DNA from: Octopus sinensis
Taxonomy: Eukaryota
Assembly: GCF_006345805.1 (NCBI RefSeq)
Contig: NC_042999.1
Location: 98,828,001 to 98,892,000, forward strand
Length of the DNA stretch: 64,000 nt
Direction of reading: 5' to 3'
In this document: piece after piece, positions 10,633 to 23,159 of the stretch
Numbering within the stretch: position 1 is the stretch's first letter
Layout of the letters: each line of letters starts with the position of its first letter
Translations under genes and position numbers: made by a program
The notes under the pieces: generated by a model
What the model was told of the DNA's origin: nothing
The model's database searches: none
What the model saw: the letters and a program-made list of their open reading frames with translations, nothing else

Positions 10633-11871
10633 TCATCATCATCATCATCATTTAGCATCCGTTTTCCATGCTAGCATGGGTTGGACGGTTCTACTGGGGT
10701 CTGTGAAGCCAGAAGGCTTCATCAGGCCCAGTCAAATCTGGCAGTGTTTCTACGGCTGGATGCCCTTCCTAACGCCAACCACTCCGTGAGTGTAGTGGGT
10801 GCTTTTTACGTGCCACTCGCACTGGTGCCAGACAGAGCTGGCAAACGGCCACGAATGGATGGTGCTTTTTATGTGCCACCGGCACGAGGGCCAGGCAAGG
10901 CTGGCAACGGACACGAAACGGGGCGGTGCTGGCAACGGTCGCGAAACGGAAAGTTCTCTTACATGCCACCGGCACTGGTAACACATCTGCAATTTCCATT
11001 GATCGATTTCCATTGATCGATTTCGATTCTGATCCTCACTTGCCTCAATGGGTCTTCACAAGCAGAGTTTCGACATGCCACCGGCACTGGTAGCACATCC
11101 GCAATTTCCATTGATCGATTTCGATTCTGATCCTCACTTGCCTCAACACGTCTTCACAAGTAGAGTTTTGTGTCCCAAGAAGGGAAGGTATGCATACGTA
11201 GGCTGGCTCCATCCCATGTAGAAGGCCACGGGTTGTGGACTCACTTGTCCTGCCGGGTCTTCTCGCGCACAGCACACTTCCAGAGGTCTCGGTCTCTAGT
11301 CATTTCCTCAATGAGACCTAAAGTTCGAAGGTCGTGCTTCACCACCTCGTCCCAGGTTTTCCTGGGTCTGCCTCTTCCACAGGTTCCCTCAACCGCTAGG
11401 GTGTGGCACTTTTTCACACAACTATCTTCATCCATTCTCGCCACATGACCATACCAGCGCAAACGTCTCTCTTGCACACCACAACTGATGCTTCTTAGGT
11501 CCAGCTTTTCTCTCAAGGTACTTACACTCTGCCGAGTGTGAGTACCGGCATTACACATCCATCGGAGCATACTGGCTTCATTTCTAGCGAGCTTACGCAT
11601 ATCCTCAGCAGTCACGGCCCATGTTTCACTGCCATGTAGCATGGCTGTTCGTACACACGCATCATACAGTCTGCCTTTCACTCTGTGCGAGAGGCCTTTT
11701 GTCACCAGCAGAGGTAAGAGCTCTCTGAACTTTGCCCAAGCTATTCTTACTCTAGCAGTTACACTTTCAGCACACCCGCCCCCGCTGCTGACTTGGTCAC
11801 CTAGGTAACGGAAACTATCAACTATTTCTAGTTTTTCTCCCTGGAAAGTGACGGAAGTTGGTCTCAGAGCA
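10633..11871 (-). mobile_element. Young 5'-truncated RTE-clade LINE: C-terminal ~210 aa of the ORF (11241-11870), ~600-bp 3' UTR and (ATG)n tail
   Basis: Uninterrupted frame ...LEIVDSFRYLGDQVSSGGG...RVRIAWAKFRELLPLL...LYDACVRTAMLHGSETWA...RRLRWYGHVARM...GRGRPRKTWDEVVKHDL, typical of the RTE post-RT region; flanked by (TA)n on both sides. Confidence 0.92.
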
Positions 11872-11901
11872 TTATATATATATATATATATATATATATA
11901 G

Positions 11902-13312
11902 GAGATAATAAAAATATATGCATACATACAAACATATATGTACGTACCTACATCTACATGTATATATACATGCATATATAAATAATTATACGGAAGTACA
12001 GGACATCACAATAAGACGTAGAAACAGAAAAAGCCAAAAAACAAAAACAAAAACAAGAAAACGGAAAACGAAAAACAAACAGGACAGGTTACACAAGGAC
12101 AAAACCCCCGTCATCAGCTGTCGCTAGAGAGTCGGGCATGTTTCGAAGGCATAACAGAACACTAATCCAATAGGCCTTCCTGCGAGAGAATTAAAATAAA
12201 ATTTCAAGCAGCGGGGCACAATGAGTACGAACACAAACAAGACGTAACAATAAGACTGCAAAATTAAAATACATGTACAAAAACAAACACAAGAGGACGA
12301 ACGAAAAAGCCTTTTTTCTGGCATAGACAAACAATAAAACTGCAAAAATAAAAATACATGTACAAAAAGTACAATTAGTTACAAAACGAGAAAATAACAA
12401 GAATACTATACAGGAAATTAACCACACAAGGGGACGAACGAAGAAGCCTTTTGCTGGCGAGGACGAAAGTGTAGTAGCAGCGCGTGGAAGCAGTCTTTTC
12501 AATAGTGGTAACCACGTGTAAAGGAATTTTGTTTTATAGGCAAGGAAGAGGGAAGGAGGAGGGGGACACGCGGCGAAGAGAGAAGAGGAGGGGGAGGGAG
12601 AAAGATTGAAGAGGTTAAAGCAAAGGGAGAGAGTACCGCATCTTCAATATAATAATATAATATAAAAAAGGGGACCAAGAAGTGGATCGAAACGACGAAT
12701 CGGAACGAACCTGATGCGGGGCGCTGTCAGACAATAAGAGATAAAAAAATATATGCATACATACAAACATATATGTACGTACCTACATCTACATGTATAT
12801 ATACATGCATATATAAATAATTATACGGAAGTACAGGACATCACAATAAGACGTAGAAACAGAAAAAGCCAAAAAACAAAAAACAAGAAAACGGAAAACG
12901 AAAAACAAATACAGGACAGGTTACACAAGGACAAAACCCCCGTCATCAGCTGTCGCTAGAGGAGTCAGGCATGTTTCGAAGGCATAACAGAACACTAATC
13001 CAATAGGCCTTCCTGCGAGAGAATTAAAATAAAATTTCAAGCAGCGGGGCACAATGAGTACGAACACAAACAAGACGTAACAATAAGACTGCAAAATTAA
13101 AATACATGTACAAAAACAAACACAAGAGGACGAACGAAAAAGCCTTTTTTCTGCATAGACAAACAATAAAACTGCAAAAATAAAAATACATGTACAAAAA
13201 GTACAATTAGTTACAAAACGAGAAAATAACAAGAATACTATACAGGAAATTAACCACACAAGGGGACGAACGAAGAAGCCTTTTGCTGGCGAGGACGAAA
13301 GTGTAGTAGCGG
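11902..13312. repeat. Unclassified element: ~575-bp direct repeat (11902-12480 and 12737-13312, period 835 bp) around a unique ~255-bp segment
   Basis: Near-identical copies (e.g. atgcatacatacaaac at 11918 and 12753; gacgaaagtgtagtagc ends both); CpG-rich relative to the flanks. Confidence 0.9.
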
Positions 13313-13366
13313 CGTACGTACACTTTGTTCTCTTATATGTAAGTATATATATATATATGCATACAC

Positions 13367-13555
13367 ATCATCATCATCTAACGTCTGCTTTCCATGCTGG
13401 CATGGGTTGGACGGTTTAACTGAGGACTTGCAAGCCAGATGGCTGCACCAGGCTCCTAGCTGATCTGGCAGAGTTTCTACAGCTTGATGCCCTTCCTAAT
13501 GCCAACCATTCTGAGAGTATAGTGGGTGCTTTTACATGTCACCGGCATGACGGCC
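13367..13555 (-). repeat. Short copy of RTE 3' tail
   Basis: catcatcatcatctaacgtctgctttccatgctggcatgggttggacgg...gatgcccttcctaatgccaacc. Confidence 0.8.
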
Positions 13556-13565
13556 AATATGTATA

Positions 13566-13612
<47 letters not shown>

Positions 13613-13676
13613 AAAAAGTTAACAGAATGAGATAAAAATCCAAGGCTGTGAAATATTTCAGAACATTCATAAAGAG

Positions 13677-13724
13677 GTCTTACAGCTGTTTCCGGGATAT
13701 TTTATTTATCCCTTCATCGGAGAC
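13677..13724 (-). ncRNA. Minimal type-I hammerhead ribozyme motif, one core substitution (U4C)
   Basis: Minus strand GTCT-CCGATGA-A-GGGATA(aataaaa)TATCCC-G-GAAAC-AGCT-GTA-AGAC: 4-bp helix I, 6-bp helix II, palindromic helix III (ACAGCTGT), GUA triplet. Confidence 0.7.
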
Positions 13725-14455
13725 GGTGTATATATGTATGTTACTAAACTTTTATATTGTTTATACATATGTAACTCTGTAGATGGATATGCCAATAGAA
13801 AACGCATCATCCTTATGTATTTGTAACACCATGCAGTTATGTGTATATATTTGCCTACAATAATATAATATACATTCAAATAACCATGCTAGAAACAGTT
13901 TAGCAAACCTTAATAATTACAATAAATAATATCATCTCCTCAATCTTAGCCTTCCCAAAATGATTGGTTTATAATCTTTTAATAATAATCTCATAAAACT
14001 AAACCTTATTCAAGCTCAGTTTGACTTATGCTATGTGACCGATTGATGCTATGTGACCAACTCTTTCACAGAAACCTAAAACAATATAAACCAACTTCGT
14101 ACGCAAAGAATGTTGTCAACTAAATGTAACATATCTGTTTATACCTTTAATTCACAGCCTAACTGAACCCTTAGCAATAACAATATTCCCATATGAAATC
14201 AATGTAAATCACTTCACCATAACTTTCTATTGATCCACATCCAATAAACACATATTTTTCTCTTATCCTCCACTATATTGACTTCCTATAGAACTACTCA
14301 TCCTGCCTACAACATACCTAAACATCGATCAACAAAGCTCCACCTACCCAACAAAAAAACAACTTGCCAAGGACTATATAATGTGAAAACAAAACTAAGT
14401 AAAGCACAGACTGCTGAATACACACACTCATATATAGGGACCATCTGAGGACCCC

Positions 14456-14486
<31 letters not shown>

Positions 14487-15419
14487 GTAGTTATTATCTC
14501 AAGTGTTTGTGCCTCAAAAGAAAATAATGACCCCTGTAAAATGGTTGGTATAGGAAGGGAATCCAGCCATAGAGACCAACGCAAGAAAGGCATTGATGCA
14601 TGATACAGTTCTCCCTTATGTCAAACCTTTTCATTCATCCAATATATACCAACATTGATGATGATGATGATGGCTTTATTGTGAGCATCAAATTTAATTT
14701 CAGAACTTTACAGTTCACTAGATCATATTTTTTTAAACATTTATAGATTAAGTAAAATAGAGTCGGCAATGTAAAACCAAACAGCTTTAGTCTTTTTAAC
14801 ATAGAGAGTATTACACAACTTTCATTGTAAACAAGAAGCTTTTATAACAGTCTGTTGTAACTGATGTAGCTGTTAATAATATTGCTTATACAACATATAA
14901 TAACTAGTAAGGTAATGTATAGCTTGTAGAATGTGATTTTGTTATGAAACCAAATTATATTTAAATGAATGATAAATGGAATGTATTATATGACATAGAT
15001 GTGTTCATAAATTTCACCAGATTACTATTAAAACTGAATACTTCACAAACTATATTGCTCTTATTCTAAATAAGGAAGTGATTTGATTAAATTTATAGCA
15101 TTTGCTTCATAGTACTAAAAGTATTCGTTGCTGTAGGAACCTGAACAACTGAAAATCTGTTACCATGCAACCTTTTCTAATTCTTATTTTCTGTCACTGG
15201 TTTTATTTATTGGACAGCATATATGCTGCAATGCTTACTTCAAGTGTTTTTAACCAATCGTATAGATCTTAGTATTTATTTCAATGTGCTGTTTTTAATG
15301 ATATGCCTATACTTATATTATTTTTTTCTTGTGAAAAGCTAAGTTATCTTCTTTGACACAATATCTTTTTGCCTTTATGAGTCGTGGTGTTTCATGTACA
15401 TAAACAAAGCCTTGGCCAT

Positions 15420-15431
15420 CTCCCCACCTCC

Positions 15432-15462
<31 letters not shown>

Positions 15463-15469
15463 TACATAT

Positions 15470-15526
<57 letters not shown>

Positions 15527-15570
15527 TACATACATACATATATATGTGTGTGTGTGTGTGTGTATACACA
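15420..15570. repeat. Compound (TA)n/(CA)n/(TG)n microsatellite
   Basis: Direct inspection. Confidence 0.95.
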
Positions 15571-15577
15571 CGACACA

Positions 15578-16791
15578 TGAGGGGTGCTCATTAAAGATTT
15601 CTCCTGACCCACTTCCCAAGGACTGGGATAAATGAAACTTGGCATAACTATTAGTCTTTCACTATATAGCCACTACCAATGATGACACACTTCTCCCATT
15701 ATTTTATGCAGTTGTGAAGACCTCATCTGTAGAAGTTGGTAGGTTGCATCTGGAGCTAAGACTTTACCTCAGAAATAAATTCATCATCTGAAAAGTGCTT
15801 CCAAAGACTTCATGGTTGGAAAGAGGTGGAAGTCAGATGTTGCAAGGTTGGGAGAGTAAAGGAGATGCAGAAGGATTTCATTGCTGCAGGAGTGTGCTTT
15901 CATCAAGGCAACATGCACATTGTGAACTGGGGCATTAGTCAGCATGCCATGCCTCTCTGCTTTGATGGCTTCCTGCAATTTCTGCAGCAGTGAAGCACAA
16001 TATGCCCTATTAATTGTGGTGCCCTTTGCCAGAAAATCCATCATTACTACTAGTCTGAACAGACTAAGCGTCACCTTGCCTGCTGAAGGTTGGACTCAAG
16101 CCTTATTCGGAGGTGGTGAGTTATCATGCTTCCATTGATTCAACTGGACTTTAGTCTCAGGATCATAGTGATGGACTCATGTTTCATCCTCTTGGGCCAT
16201 TGCCAAAAGAACCTGGGAGCAATTGACTCATTCCTGCTTCTGTAAAGGTGTGAGCATTTGGGGAATCCATCATGCAGACAACTTCTGCATGTGCATATGG
16301 TCGCGAATGATTTTTTTCCATGGAATCAATACTTATCTTTATTTCTTGGGTTGGTCGTCAAATAGTTATGAAATGATCCTCTAAAATGATGGCTTCCACT
16401 TTATGGATGGTGTCATCATCAATGGCAGAATGTGGTCATCCAAGAATAGGAGCAGTTTCTACCAATATCTGACTACATTTGAACTGGCAATGCCAGTGCT
16501 TGACTGCAGTCCATGATGGTGCATTATCACCATAAACTTCTTTCATTTCATTGAAAGTCTCTTTTGGTGTATGACCTTTCATGTATAAGAACCTGATCAC
16601 TGATCTGCATCCAACTGCCTCCATTATAACACCTTAGTCAACTTCAGCAGCTGTAAAAACGAATGAATACTGGTGGAAAGCTGCAATTTACAATGTGACA
16701 TGTAGAGACATGTATAATTATAACTGTACAAGTTCCATTTCATATATTAACTGGAAGTGGGGCAGGGGAAATCTTTAATGAACACCCCTTG
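15578..16791 (-). mobile_element. Near full-length degenerate mariner transposon (~1.2 kb)
   Basis: ~37-bp TIRs (ggggtgctcattaaagatttctcctgacccacttcc vs ggaagtggggcaggggaaatctttaatgaacacccc). Transposase remnants MEAVGCRSVIRFLYMKGHTPKETFNEMKEVYGD and ...NAPVHN...LLYSPNLATSDFHLFP (YSPDLAPxD-like), broken by stops and frameshifts. Confidence 0.9.
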
Positions 16792-17148
16792 TGTGTATGT
16801 GTGTGTATGTGTGTATTATGTAGGTAGGGTAAAATTCTGGCTGCTTCCTCTTGAAGCACATGTGCTTATTCTATTATTACAATCCAGTATGTAGTGGCTC
16901 TCATTTTAGTATAGATGCAAAGTACATATTAAAATTGAAAATTCTGGAAATATTGTTTGCCAGGAAGTTGGAAAAGTTTTGGGTATTATTTATTCACCAT
17001 TACACATGCTTCATTTGCTAATAGGAATCACAAAGTTTTACATGTTAGATAGCTTGTAATTCCTATTAGAAAATGAAATATATGTAATGGTGAATAAATA
17101 ATACTACCAAATTTTCCATCTTCCTGTTTTGTTGTATGCACACACACA

Positions 17149-17194
<46 letters not shown>

Positions 17195-18974
17195 GCAGTG
17201 TATGTGACAAACTCCTGCATAAGACAAACCCCAATGTTTTTGCAGAAAGAAGTATATTTTGTGGAAAAAACAGATATAATATATTTCATCATGCACTCAG
17301 ACACTCATTCTCTAAACCATAATACAGTTACATTTGACATATGTCAACTTTCTGTTATGTCTAAGATGTAAAAAAAACAAAAAACTCATCTAATTCAGTG
17401 GCACGTATAGTATATTGTATTTATGCTTGTGTATGTATTGTGATCCAGGATTGGTTACTTCAAAATAAAAGTGGTCATATACACTGGTCTCTATAACATA
17501 TGCCTCAACTAGGCTTGTGATATAGAGATAGAAGTGTGTGTGAGTGTATATCAGTGTATACACAATATTACACATAGCTTATTATGCAAGCATAGAAAAC
17601 GGATGGTAAATAATGATGATGTGCATCATCATCATTACTACTGGTACATACTTAGATACATATAAGCATACATACATACATACACATATACATACATACA
17701 CATATATACACACATACATATGTGCACACATCTATACACACACACATGCACAAAAATACAAACACACATATATCAGTCTTCAGCACAGTTTTTATGTACT
17801 GGATTCAACTTCAAATGTTTTGGTTGTCTTGGAGCTATTGTAGAAGTCACTCACTGAAAGGAGTGCATAATAAGATAAAACCAGGGACCATGTGATGGCA
17901 AGTGAAACATCTTAATCACACAGCCATACCTGTCCTTAATAAATATATGATTGATAGTTAAATTATATAAAAAAAAAAGAAACTGCTGAAGTAAGTTGAA
18001 AGCAGCAAATGGAAGCTTTACATGTATTTTGACTGCTTAAATAGCTTGCAGACAGAAGTGAACTTGAAATTGAATAAGTTCTTTATTTTCCATTTATTTT
18101 ATTATCCAGAGAAGGATTTTGCTGACAGACATCCACTTGATATTACATCTTACCTTAAAATAAACTTCTATTAGAATCTCCTTGAAATAATATACTTATC
18201 TTTTGCCTCTGCTTCGCATACTTGATAGTCAAATTCAATCAGTGCAGGTCTTGTTTCGCTAGTTATAGTGTAATGTTAACATTGTGGATGTAATATAGTC
18301 TTCCCTTCCCACAATCTAGTTATATAATCTTACCTCTCCATCAACATTATCACTCAATAAATCAATCAAAATAATAAGTGTCTTTATGTCTTTATCACTT
18401 AAGGAATATTTTAATCCTTAATAATTTTCCCCACTGCCAAAAAACAAAAGACAAATTTAAACAAAAGTCAAAAATTTTTATTCTGATCTGGGATGATTTG
18501 ATCTGGTCACTGTAAACTTCCAAGTTGCTCATCAGTTTCTAGAGATTTCTACTTTCCACCACTTAGTCACAATAATTTTTGGTTTTGTTTTTGATTGGAC
18601 ACAATGGCTTTGATGCTAAGGTGTTGACTGTTGACCATATAGTCATAAGTTCACATCATATGAACAACGCAAATTAACTTTGCATGCACAACTTTCTTAG
18701 ACTGGTTAAGCTAACAATTAAGCCTCAACAAAGTCACTTGAACTGATAGAAATAGTATCCAAATATCCCTCACAACACACTATCTTAAATTGGGAAGGAC
18801 ACATCAAATAATGTCCTAGATAAACTATAACTGAAAACAAAACAGAGTGCTCACAGCAGGAATTATTTTTAACCACAGGGCTACTTTTTCTATCTTGATC
18901 TGGGACTAATAACTTCTGATCATTAAGAATATCTTCTGGCACTGCCTTATGGTTAATTAGTGAGTAGAAGGCTT

Positions 18975-19490
18975 AGTATAGTAGCTACATATGAAAGTGT
19001 CTCTCTGTGCAAACATAGACAAAGAGCAAAATAAAAAAAAAAGAGCATGGGAAGCATGTCCTGAAGCTGGCAGAGATGTAGCTGCTGGGAAAAAAATGAA
19101 AAGAGCATGCTCCATTTCATGTGTAATGTTAATGTCCATAAATGGTGGAGAACAAATAAGTCTTAAGAAAAACTGCATGTAAGAGAAACAGTTGTAGTGT
19201 GAAAAAGAGAAGACTGTTCTGGTACAGGTATATGATGCATACAGGGGATAACAGGTGAAGAAGTGCCAAGCAATTCAGATTGAAGAAGACTTTGACTTTC
19301 ATTTCTGTAGGAAGTCAAAGGAAAACTTGGGATGATCTTATGATGCTGAACCTCACAAAGTAGAAGATATGGGGTCACAACATTACAACATGTGGTGTGA
19401 TGCTGTACTGAAGTAGACCTATCCAAGTGATACAGACATGGATAAATGGATTAAATGATGTTGAAAATAATGATTATAATGATGATCATA
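18975..19490 (+). mobile_element. Old RTE LINE 3' fragment
   Basis: Decayed RLFWYRYMMH, VKKCQAIQIE and GSQRKTWDD align with RLRWYGHVARM, VKKCHTLAVE and GRPRKTWDE of the 11241 ORF; ends in an ATG-rich tail. Confidence 0.75.
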
Positions 19491-20424
19491 TTTATCATCA
19501 ATGCATGATAGTTGTATATGGTAGACTTAATCTGTCATCAGGTTAATGCTACCATCTGGACCATAGGTACTTCTAATAGAATCAATTCTGTTGCAAGCAT
19601 TCGACTGAGGGTTCTTGTCTGATAATAACATGATGTCTTAAGGTACTGCTTTCTGCTGTAGCATCAAGAGCCACATTTTTCTTCTCCTCCCCACATCTCT
19701 TGGAGACCCTGGAAAAGAGTTACTGGTATTAGTCTTCCTTCTGTGACTAAGCTACAATATATATATATAAAATACGATAAAACAAATTGAAAATTGTTGT
19801 TGTATCCATTTATCATTTAAATGTGTAACCGTCTGTGATGAGTTGTGAATAAGATCATGTCATCTTTGTATATAAAAAAAACACAACTTTGTTTTTCATA
19901 TTTAAATGTATCAGTAGCCCAGTGGGTAAGAGCATTGTTACTTTTAGAGGAGCATTAAAGATTCCTAATTTATACACAGTCAAATACTTATATACATCCA
20001 TGAATGAGACACCTGGCTATCATAGGAAATCAACCTACTTGAAATGAATATTGATCTAAATACTGAAGTGTTTCATCTATAATAATGTGGGTAACAGTCC
20101 ATGAAATTACAATCATATCTTAGACGTTTATAGTTTTAAAATGTTATTTAGACTGTAAAAGTATAACCATATAATTAATATTATTGTTGAATTGTGTATA
20201 ATTTGCTCTGTTTAAATACAAAGCTTAAATACCAATAATTTGATGAGTCTATAAATGTAAATGTAGATTAATATATTTGTACAGTGCAGTTTTTTCCTTA
20301 AACTATATGACAAATAACCAGTATTAAGAACATGTGTATTTCTGTTTATGTATTATGATTGTATCTTTGTTATTGGGTCTGGCCTTGAGTGTTACAAAGA
20401 GAATATGTAAGCACTATCACTTAA

Positions 20425-21095
20425 TATTAAAGGAGGCTAGGAGACAAGTATACTTTGCTAGGGGAGAAGCTGAAAGGAAGAAGTTTGCCAGTGTTCTGTG
20501 GTGTGAGGATCAGAGGCTTGTATTTTGGACTGCAAGACAGTGTGTCAGAGAAAATTGTGATGTAGGAAAGATATGCTTTCACATAGATGATGGTTCATTT
20601 GCAGTTAGTGACTCTGCAAAGAAAGAATCTTGGACATGCCACTATAAAAGGCTGCTAAATGCAGAGAGTGCATGGGAGAAGGAGAGTCTGCCCAATTTGG
20701 GCTTGACATAGGGATCAGCTATCTGAATTGTCTATAGCTTTGTAGCTAAAGCAATTAAGGATATGAAGACAGGGAATACTGCTAGCCCTTCAGGAATGAT
20801 TGCTGAGATGTTTAGAATATCTGGTTGAGTGGAATATGGCCCAGTTATCTGTTTAATTAATCCCAACGACTGGTATAGCAACATTATAGTCAACTGCTAC
20901 AAAGGTAAAGGTGACACTGGAGGCAAAAATAATTACTGTGGGATCAAATTGCTGGACCAGGTGATGAAAGTTACAAATAGGTCATAGCTCAACTAATTAA
21001 GGAGTTAGCCTAGATAAGATGTAGTTTGGTTTTGTGCTAGGAAGAAGCGCTATTGAGGCTATCTTCCTGGTCAGGCAACTGCTGGAGAAATATTT
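20425..21095 (+). mobile_element. Old RTE LINE fragment, N-terminal part of the RT domain
   Basis: KAIKDMKTGNTASPSGMIAEMF, PNDWYSNIIVNCYKGKGD, NYCGIKLLDQVMKV, FGFVLGRSAIEAIFLVRQLLEKY with stops. Confidence 0.85.
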
Positions 21096-21304
21096 AACCC
21101 ATGGTGGATAATATGTGTGTGTGAACCCAAAGATAGGGGCATTGAGTCAATGAATACCTAATAATAGTGAAAAGGGACATAAAAGTACTGAAGATGATGA
21201 ACAATGATGCAGTAAGGATACTTTGGGATTGATTCCTAGCTCTTGGCTGACCATTTGTCTAGGCATTTAGGGTAAACATTTGTGTGTTGAGGTTGTTCCT
21301 GTAG

Positions 21305-21410
21305 TCTGTCTCCGAATGTAGGAGTTGACATCTTATCAAATGATGAAGCATCTGAAGGTGTTTTGGCCTCTTCCACCATTACACCAGAGCTGCCAGGGCC
21401 AGCCACCAAT
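21305..21410 (+). CDS. Candidate internal exon (LSPNVGVDILSNDEASEGVLASSTITPELPGPATN), product unknown
   Basis: ttgttcctgtAG acceptor with an in-frame stop just upstream, 106 nt at ~48% GC in AT-rich flanks, AAT|GTAAGT donor. The minus-strand shadow frame is also open, so strand is not certain. Confidence 0.45.
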
Positions 21411-23159
21411 GTAAGTGACAAAACTTTTCCACAACAGCTTGAGCTTATTTGAGTTAGGAGTTGTAACTCTGGGCCAAATGTTTTTATCATCATCAATGCT
21501 TGTTCTTGGATTGTCAGTTTCTGGTTATCCCAACTAATTTCTAGCCACTGGGAGGAAAGTTGTTCTGTTTTAAATTAGAATGCATGTTTCTTTCCCTACA
21601 TCCAATTTCGTGCACAAGTGGTAATACATTCATTGGTAATACACTCATAGGAATACAAGTGTATTTCCATTTTTGTTTCATACAAGATTTTAGTTTGAGA
21701 ATTTAGTCACACAAACTGTTTCAGCTTAAGAACCATTATATACCAATCTTCAAAGGTGTAGTATCTAAATGATTGAAGAAGTGGATTAAATAGATGACAG
21801 TCTTTAGAGATCACAGTTATCTAGGGATGGGTATGAACAGATGTTACCATCAAGAATTTGGTAATGTCATATCTAAAGATCCAGTCTTCAGTAACATGTC
21901 AGTGCTAATGACTTAAAAAATAAATCCCACTAAAATTCCACAATATCATACATCTAACTGTTGCATTAATTCTGCAATGATGCTGAGTGACTAAAACAAC
22001 TTTGGAAGAATTAAAACCAAGAACTATAAGACTCTAAATCATAGTAAATCTATTCTTATCCACTTAGGCATGGTATATATTATATATTTGAAACCATACA
22101 TTGATTCAAATGCCATTGTTGTTGTTGTTTAATCCAAGGTTGGCTTTAGTCAAGCTGACCTATGATGAATGACAATCCAGTTGTGACCATCCATTCTTAA
22201 TTTCTTGATGCAGTGTACTTAGAATTATGCTTATCAAATATGTAGTTCCTTTTTAAAGATGGTAGGGTAAGATTTGAGCAAGAGATGATTTCTATTTCTA
22301 GTAGACCAAATAAACCATAAATAAGATTTTCATTTGTTCTTGTGTTGGAATAATTTGTGTGAATGAATCATTGACTTGACATTTTCTAAAAATGATTGAA
22401 AATATGACATTTTAAAGTCTGAGTCACCTATCAATAATATTTTACAATATTTTATTCATTTAACTATTTTAAAATCCTTTTGGTACCAATTTGCTTGATA
22501 TTACTTCTGGTTCTTGGTACAAGCTGTTTGTTTCAAAGTGTTCATATTTGAATTGAAGCCTTGCATCATTCATTTATGAAAGAGCCTTTTTTTATGTACC
22601 AGTATACAGCTAAATGTACCTATCAATGACTGAGTCAAGAAGAGGCCTCAGTGTGCTTGTTAAAAACAGCAGACAAGTATCTCTCTAGTAAGAATATATA
22701 AGTCATGATTAGGCAACTTTTGATTATAGGGTTGCTTGACTAGGGCTTTCTTCGGAATAAAGACCAACAACAATAGTAACCAAAAAATCTTTATTAGTTT
22801 GAAAATTAAATGAAACAGTCAGTGTATTTCTTTATAAGTATGGTCATGAGAGGTTAAAGCAAATGGAACTGTTACTACCATACTTGCAACTCTATTAAGA
22901 AAACAGTTAAAAACTAGCAAAATTACATTTCTCTTTTGCTGTTGGTTTATTATAATAGATATTTTTTTATATGAAGTATTATGGATTTTGAAAAATATAA
23001 TTTAAGAAAATCCATAAAAATGTTTAAGTGTTTTGAAAAAGCTCTTACTAAATTTTGTTGTGCACAAATATTAGCATAAACCAACTATGCAATAATTTTT
23101 TTGTTTTTTCTACTTTTTAACTTTACAACAAGGTTTTTTTTAACATTCCATGAGAAGTA

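Noticed and set aside
10704-10725. CTGATGA followed by a hairpin in the RTE 3' UTR (minus strand)
   Set aside because: No GAAA follows the stem, and sibling tails read ctggtgca at this position.
12111-12185. CTGATGA and GAAAC on the minus strand within the 835-bp element
   Set aside because: The order is GAAAC then CTGATGA, and I could not build helix I or III or an NUH site in either copy.
14000-14420. A/C-skewed stretch suggesting a mitochondrial insertion
   Set aside because: No recognisable mitochondrial gene, tRNA or rRNA motif on either strand.
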